From IMG/VR virus record IMGVR_UViG_3300020577_006105: a DNA stretch of 64,000 bases; one strand, 5' to 3'. Below the pieces are notes generated by a model. The model was not told the DNA's origin, did no database searches, and saw nothing but the letters and a program-made list of their open reading frames with translations. Origin of the DNA: a virus. Its lineage: Duplodnaviria > Caudoviricetes. Shown in pieces: positions 60,735 through 64,000 of this stretch. The position numbers and the translations under genes are program-made. Position 1 is the first letter of the stretch. Every line of letters begins with the position of its first letter.

Positions 60735-62363
60735 TTGTTCGTGATTGCCAACAGTCGCGTAACTGTGGTGAGTCAGGTCACCAGCGAAGAGTCTGCATCC
60801 AAATCATTACCAGTTCTTGTAGCGGCCTGCAATGGTTTAGTTGATGAACTGATTATTGTGGTGCCGAAAGCCGATAAAATACTGACCGGCGTAGTTTGGG
60901 GACTGCTATTAGATGCATCATGTGATGCAAGGGTAGTTGCATTCAGCGACCACGCCAGTAAAATGTACATTCCTGCCATTTTCGGCATTCCAGAACTTGA
61001 AAATGCAGAAATCATTGTATGGTGCTCTGAAGACCTGTGTTATATTCATCCAGACGCTATATGTAATCTTGTTTCACATATAGCCAGCAGAAAAGAATTG
61101 TCATTCGCGTATCCGGCATGTGTCGGCACTGAGCGAACCACATATATGCAACAAGCGATGGGTTTCTTGCCGCCATGGTGCTTCAAGATGTGGGATGGTC
61201 TATACATAGACTACCTAGACATACGCAAAGAGCACCCCAATTTGCAAGAGGCGTGTCATCGTGCGTGGCTTTCCGAATTAAACCAGGGTCGAGAGTCGTT
61301 GCAACAATTTGGAGTGATTCGACTTGAGGAAAAAGACATTCCGGTAGAGTGCTGTTTTGCTTTTGACAACAGGAAAAGGCACGAACTATTCAAGCCTTCA
61401 GACCGAAGTGCCAAGGTTGCATTGATGCGACACATCACAAAGACTGAAATTTGTGGTCGCGCCTGGACTGCGTATTACGCATATCCCGAGCATGTTAAAC
61501 ACATGGACCGGACAGATATATGGACTCAATATCTCTCACACATTCAGCAATCATCTGACGCGGTGGCCAAAGTTGTCGAAGACGAGATTCAATATGGTTC
61601 GGAGTCCAGCTTGTTAAACTCTATGGTTGGTGAATGCGCCAAGAGCCCAAGTGCTGAAGATTTAAGGTTTTGCATATCAACACACATAAGCGACATGCAT
61701 CGCTCCGTGCCTGTGATTACAAACAGCCTGTTTAGGAATGGGGTCAAACCAGAGCAAATTCATATCGTCGCAGGCGGATTTGAAAGTCAACAAACACTTG
61801 AAATCAACCGCGTAAAAGTTCATTGCGTCACACACAACTCGTATGACCACACTGCGTTAATTGACGTAGTTGAAAATAATGTCCCTGGGTGGTGGTGGTT
61901 CGTGATGCACGCCACGTCCGAGGTCGGCCCAAGGTTTATCGAACGAATTCTGGAAAAAGGACTCGATTGCGAACATATCGCAGTTCTCGAGTATGGCTGG
62001 CTAAACATGGGATTGATGTCCCGCTCGTTCATTGAAAAGAACACAAACTACATTCTAAATCTCAAAAACTGTTCTAAGATGCAAGCTATTCTCACAGAGC
62101 AAATGTATTGGCGTATGGCAGAGACTAGAGACTATTACAACGAAGTGAGTCCAAAGATATATGCCGGGAGTAGAGAGGTGTACCAGGACGGCATTCAAAG
62201 GCAGATTCTATATCTTGATGGATGTGACTTGTACAAATATCAAGCGTATCACATTATTCAAGAACGCACACAGAGGCTGTTGTCAGAAAACATTGTGCAA
62301 TCTTCAGATTTGATACCAAAAACCAAGAGTAACCAGCAACAATATGAGACCAACAAAAAATGA
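60735..62363 (+). CDS. two-domain protein resembling fused, degenerate glycosyltransferase-like domains
   Basis: WCSEDLCYIHPDAI (DxD-like position) in domain 1; HNSYDHTALI...WWFVMHATS.VG..F in domain 2. Recognition is by pattern only. Confidence 0.4.
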   Translation: MFVIANSRVTVVSQVTSEESASKSLPVLVAACNGLVDELIIVVPKADKILTGVVWGLLLDASCDARVVAFSDHASKMYIPAIFGIPELENAEIIVWCSEDLCYIHPDAICNLVSHIASRKELSFAYPACVGTERTTYMQQAMGFLPPWCFKMWDGLYIDYLDIRKEHPNLQEACHRAWLSELNQGRESLQQFGVIRLEEKDIPVECCFAFDNRKRHELFKPSDRSAKVALMRHITKTEICGRAWTAYYAYPEHVKHMDRTDIWTQYLSHIQQSSDAVAKVVEDEIQYGSESSLLNSMVGECAKSPSAEDLRFCISTHISDMHRSVPVITNSLFRNGVKPEQIHIVAGGFESQQTLEINRVKVHCVTHNSYDHTALIDVVENNVPGWWWFVMHATSEVGPRFIERILEKGLDCEHIAVLEYGWLNMGLMSRSFIEKNTNYILNLKNCSKMQAILTEQMYWRMAETRDYYNEVSPKIYAGSREVYQDGIQRQILYLDGCDLYKYQAYHIIQERTQRLLSENIVQSSDLIPKTKSNQQQYETNKK

Positions 62364-62695
62364 AAGACGAATCTCAAGCAATAGAAAATCTGGGGGATTT
62401 CCTCAAGCGGCTAGATTGGCAGGACTACGAATTTGTCCAGCAGCCAGAGCTACCGCATGGCGTGTCACCGCAAGCTAAAATCACCCCTGAAAATCAAGCT
62501 AAGCTGGAAGCCTATCGGTTACAGCGCGTAAAATGGCGCCAGTGTATGGAATCAATCACACCTGGCACGGTGCTGTTTTTGAAGACAGGCAAGTTCATAC
62601 TGGTTGGTCACGTGAACGAGAGTCTTACGTCTAAAGAGAACTACGAACCAGATTTTGAATACGAAGACATCTGTAAGATAGCCAAGTTGTGGTAA
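62360..62695 (+). CDS. hypothetical protein
   Basis: 111-aa ORF overlapping the previous stop codon. Confidence 0.6.
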   Translation: MKDESQAIENLGDFLKRLDWQDYEFVQQPELPHGVSPQAKITPENQAKLEAYRLQRVKWRQCMESITPGTVLFLKTGKFILVGHVNESLTSKENYEPDFEYEDICKIAKLW

Positions 62696-62704
62696 ACTGC
62701 ATGC

Positions 62705-63181
62705 ATGGAAATTCTGCAAAGACCAACGCACCAAGAGGTTTGCGACCTGGTTCAAGCCATTACTGGTTCATTTGAATCTATCTCGTGCGACCTCGATGCA
62801 AGTTTTGCCAACAAAATCACTGGCAAGACGAATTCAAGATTTGAGTCGCCTGTCATAATGGCGCTCCGTGTGTATCAAGATATTGTGGATGCATATTTCT
62901 GGTCTCATATGCTGGATTGCTCTGGTTGCGGTCGTGAAAATCGTGACCACGGAAATTTTTGGGGGCAATACTATGTATACTCCGAGATGGGTTGCACAAA
63001 GAAAAAGATTGACTCAGAATGGCCAGAAGGAACTCAAGATAAAGCGAAAGAGTTTCTAGACCACAGGAAGGATTACGAAGCCATTTTTCCACACATCTGC
63101 GAACTGTATGCATCTGGAATGTCATACGAAGAGGCCAGGGAAAGCGCAGAAAAAGCAGCCAAGACCCAAGTTAAGACGTGA
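62705..63181 (+). CDS. hypothetical protein with CxxC
   Basis: 158-aa ORF containing DCSGCG. Confidence 0.6.
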   Translation: MEILQRPTHQEVCDLVQAITGSFESISCDLDASFANKITGKTNSRFESPVIMALRVYQDIVDAYFWSHMLDCSGCGRENRDHGNFWGQYYVYSEMGCTKKKIDSEWPEGTQDKAKEFLDHRKDYEAIFPHICELYASGMSYEEARESAEKAAKTQVKT

Positions 63182-63227
63182 TTTTCGGGTTCAAACACGA
63201 CTTTTTTCGGATTTTTCTCGGAACCTC

Positions 63228-63256
63228 TTGACAAAAAACGAAGTCTGTTGTATAAT
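63228..63256 (+). promoter_or_regulatory. consensus sigma70 promoter
   Basis: TTGACA (63228-63233), 17 nt, TATAAT (63251-63256); T-tracts upstream resemble an UP element. Confidence 0.9.
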
Positions 63257-63295
63257 ATGAAGGTGAGCGATGAAAACATCGCGAAAGGAATGAAC

Positions 63296-63409
63296 ATGCG
63301 ATTTAGCTTGAATAACCATAATGGAAGCACACGGTTGGCCTATCAGGCCAATACCGCCGTGCATAATTATCCCAATATGGTTCGGGCTAACTGGGGGTAC
63401 CAGGCTTAA
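63296..63409 (+). CDS. putative attenuator leader peptide MRFSLNNHNGSTRLAYQANTAVHNYPNMVRANWGYQA
   Basis: AAAGGA Shine-Dalgarno (63284-63289) 6 nt before the ATG; 7 Asn, 2 His and 3 Tyr in 37 codons; its 3' end overlaps the antiterminator strand. Confidence 0.65.
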   Translation: MRFSLNNHNGSTRLAYQANTAVHNYPNMVRANWGYQA

Positions 63410-63442
63410 TCGTAAGATTGACCAATCCCCAAGAAAGCCCGG
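63382..63442 (+). promoter_or_regulatory. predicted antiterminator hairpin
   Basis: TCGGGCT (63382-88) pairs with AGCCCGG (63436-42) and TGGGGG (63392-97) with TCCCCA (63426-31), enclosing a TAATC-GTAA-GATTG hairpin. This sequesters the 5' arm of the terminator. Confidence 0.6.
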
Positions 63443-63468
63443 CTCACAAGGTCGGGCTTTCTTTTTTT
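63431..63468 (+). terminator. intrinsic terminator (attenuator)
   Basis: AAGAAAGCCCGGCT-CACAA-GGTCGGGCTTTCTT stem followed by a T-run to 63468. Confidence 0.9.
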
Positions 63469-63490
63469 AGATTTGACGAGGAAAAGGACA

Positions 63491-63514
63491 ATGGAGGACA
63501 ACGACAATAATTAG
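63491..63514 (+). other. mini-ORF MEDNDNN*
   Basis: GAGGA (63478-82) 8 nt upstream; codons ATG GAG GAC AAC GAC AAT AAT TAG. Confidence 0.35.
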
Positions 63515-63561
63515 CGCGAAGGCGTGCCACTTGATGTGACGCGCTGGAGCGCGAACATCAA

Positions 63562-63637
63562 GGCTCGTGAGCAAGCTGGTAGTTGCAGACGTCTGTTAAA
63601 CGGAAAGGGCTGGGGTCAGAACCCAGGCGGGCCTCCA
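63562..63637 (+). tRNA. non-canonical tRNA (anticodon GTT, Asn) with encoded CCA
   Basis: 76-nt cloverleaf: acceptor GGCTCGT/GCGGGCC + T + CCA; D stem GCAA/TTGC; anticodon loop CTGTTAA (GTT at 63595-97); T stem CTGGG/CCCAG. Atypical G8, T-loop GTCAGAA and two mismatches in the anticodon stem. Confidence 0.75.
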
Positions 63638-63690
63638 AAATTTCGAACTCATACAGAGGTATGGTTAACTTTTTTGGTTAACAAACACTT

Positions 63691-64000
63691 ATGAGTGCAA
63701 GTAAAACACACAAGGTTGTGTCATGGAGAAGAAGGGTAAAAAGATTGCTGATTGAGTACAAAGGTGGAAAATGTATCCAATGTGGTTACGAAGAAGATTG
63801 TCCGCCAGCATATGCATTTCATCATCGAGACCCGAATCAAAAAGACTTGACCATTAGTGGAAAATCATGGTCTTATGAAAGACTTAAAGCAGAAGCAGAT
63901 AAATGTGACTTGTTGTGTGTAAGATGTCATACAGAACTACATTACAAATGGCAAGCAACAAAAGACGACAACAAATGGGAGAAGCACAAGAAAAAGTCAC
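63691..64000 (+). CDS. HNH endonuclease (3'-truncated by the window edge), type common in phage tRNA regions
   Basis: Translated by hand: MSASKTHKVVSWRRRVKRLLIEYKGGKCIQCGYEEDCPPAYAFHHRDPNQKD...DKCDLLCVRCHTELH; absent from the ORF track because it has no stop in the window. Confidence 0.85.
   Translation, partial: MSASKTHKVVSWRRRVKRLLIEYKGGKCIQCGYEEDCPPAYAFHHRDPNQKDLTISGKSWSYERLKAEADKCDLLCVRCHTELHYKWQATKDDNKWEKHKKKS

Noticed and set aside
63257-63295. Longer leader peptide starting at in-frame ATG 63257 or 63290
   Set aside because: 63257 lies directly after the -10 box, upstream of the expected transcription start. 63290 has no spacing from the Shine-Dalgarno. 63296 fits best.
832-63330. 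The many 60-190 aa ORFs antisense to or nested in long genes (e.g. 2717..3157, 41588..42166, 52355..52909, 63073..63330)
   Set aside because: Shadow frames of well-supported genes or of the promoter region, with no motifs or initiation signals.
63260-63470. T-box riboswitch as the explanation of the leader
   Set aside because: No T-box consensus (TGGNACC in the antiterminator bulge) or recognisable stem I was found. A translated leader explains the layout better, though an Rfam search was not run.
1-64000. Stop-codon reassignment (alternative genetic code)
   Set aside because: Conserved genes are full length in code 11, coding density is high, and TAA, TAG and TGA all end genes at sensible positions.

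Overview
This 64 kb window reads best as a piece of a jumbo (huge) tailed dsDNA phage genome in the standard genetic code. It has dense, mostly unrecognisable genes and a long minus-strand block (about 19.7-57 kb) of very large virion-type proteins: tail fibre/baseplate-like, with beta-propeller, PA14, vWA and Ig-like modules. Host-like genes sit among these: a type IIA topoisomerase pair (GyrB/GyrA-like, GyrA box missing), RNase HII, DnaK, DnaJ, an SF2 helicase carrying a class 3 LAGLIDADG intein, and three unrelated serine proteases in tandem. There are three free-standing homing-endonuclease-like genes. No capsid, terminase, integrase, reverse transcriptase or CRISPR array was recognised. 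The most striking unannotated element is at the right end (63.2-63.64 kb). A perfect sigma70 promoter precedes a 37-aa leader ORF rich in Asn/His/Tyr (NAY) codons, which overlaps an antiterminator that competes with a strong intrinsic terminator. After it come a 7-aa NAY-rich mini-ORF and a non-canonical tRNA with a GTT (Asn) anticodon. Together these look like a translation-sensing attenuator that would switch on phage tRNA expression when host translation of these codons fails. Other observations include a shared N-terminal R-R/N-(R)-F/Y-A-Q motif in three unrelated proteins, a candidate AGG-N19-TA(A/G)A phage promoter, and a gene flanked by 12-bp inverted repeats. All protein calls come from recognising motifs by eye; no searches were run.
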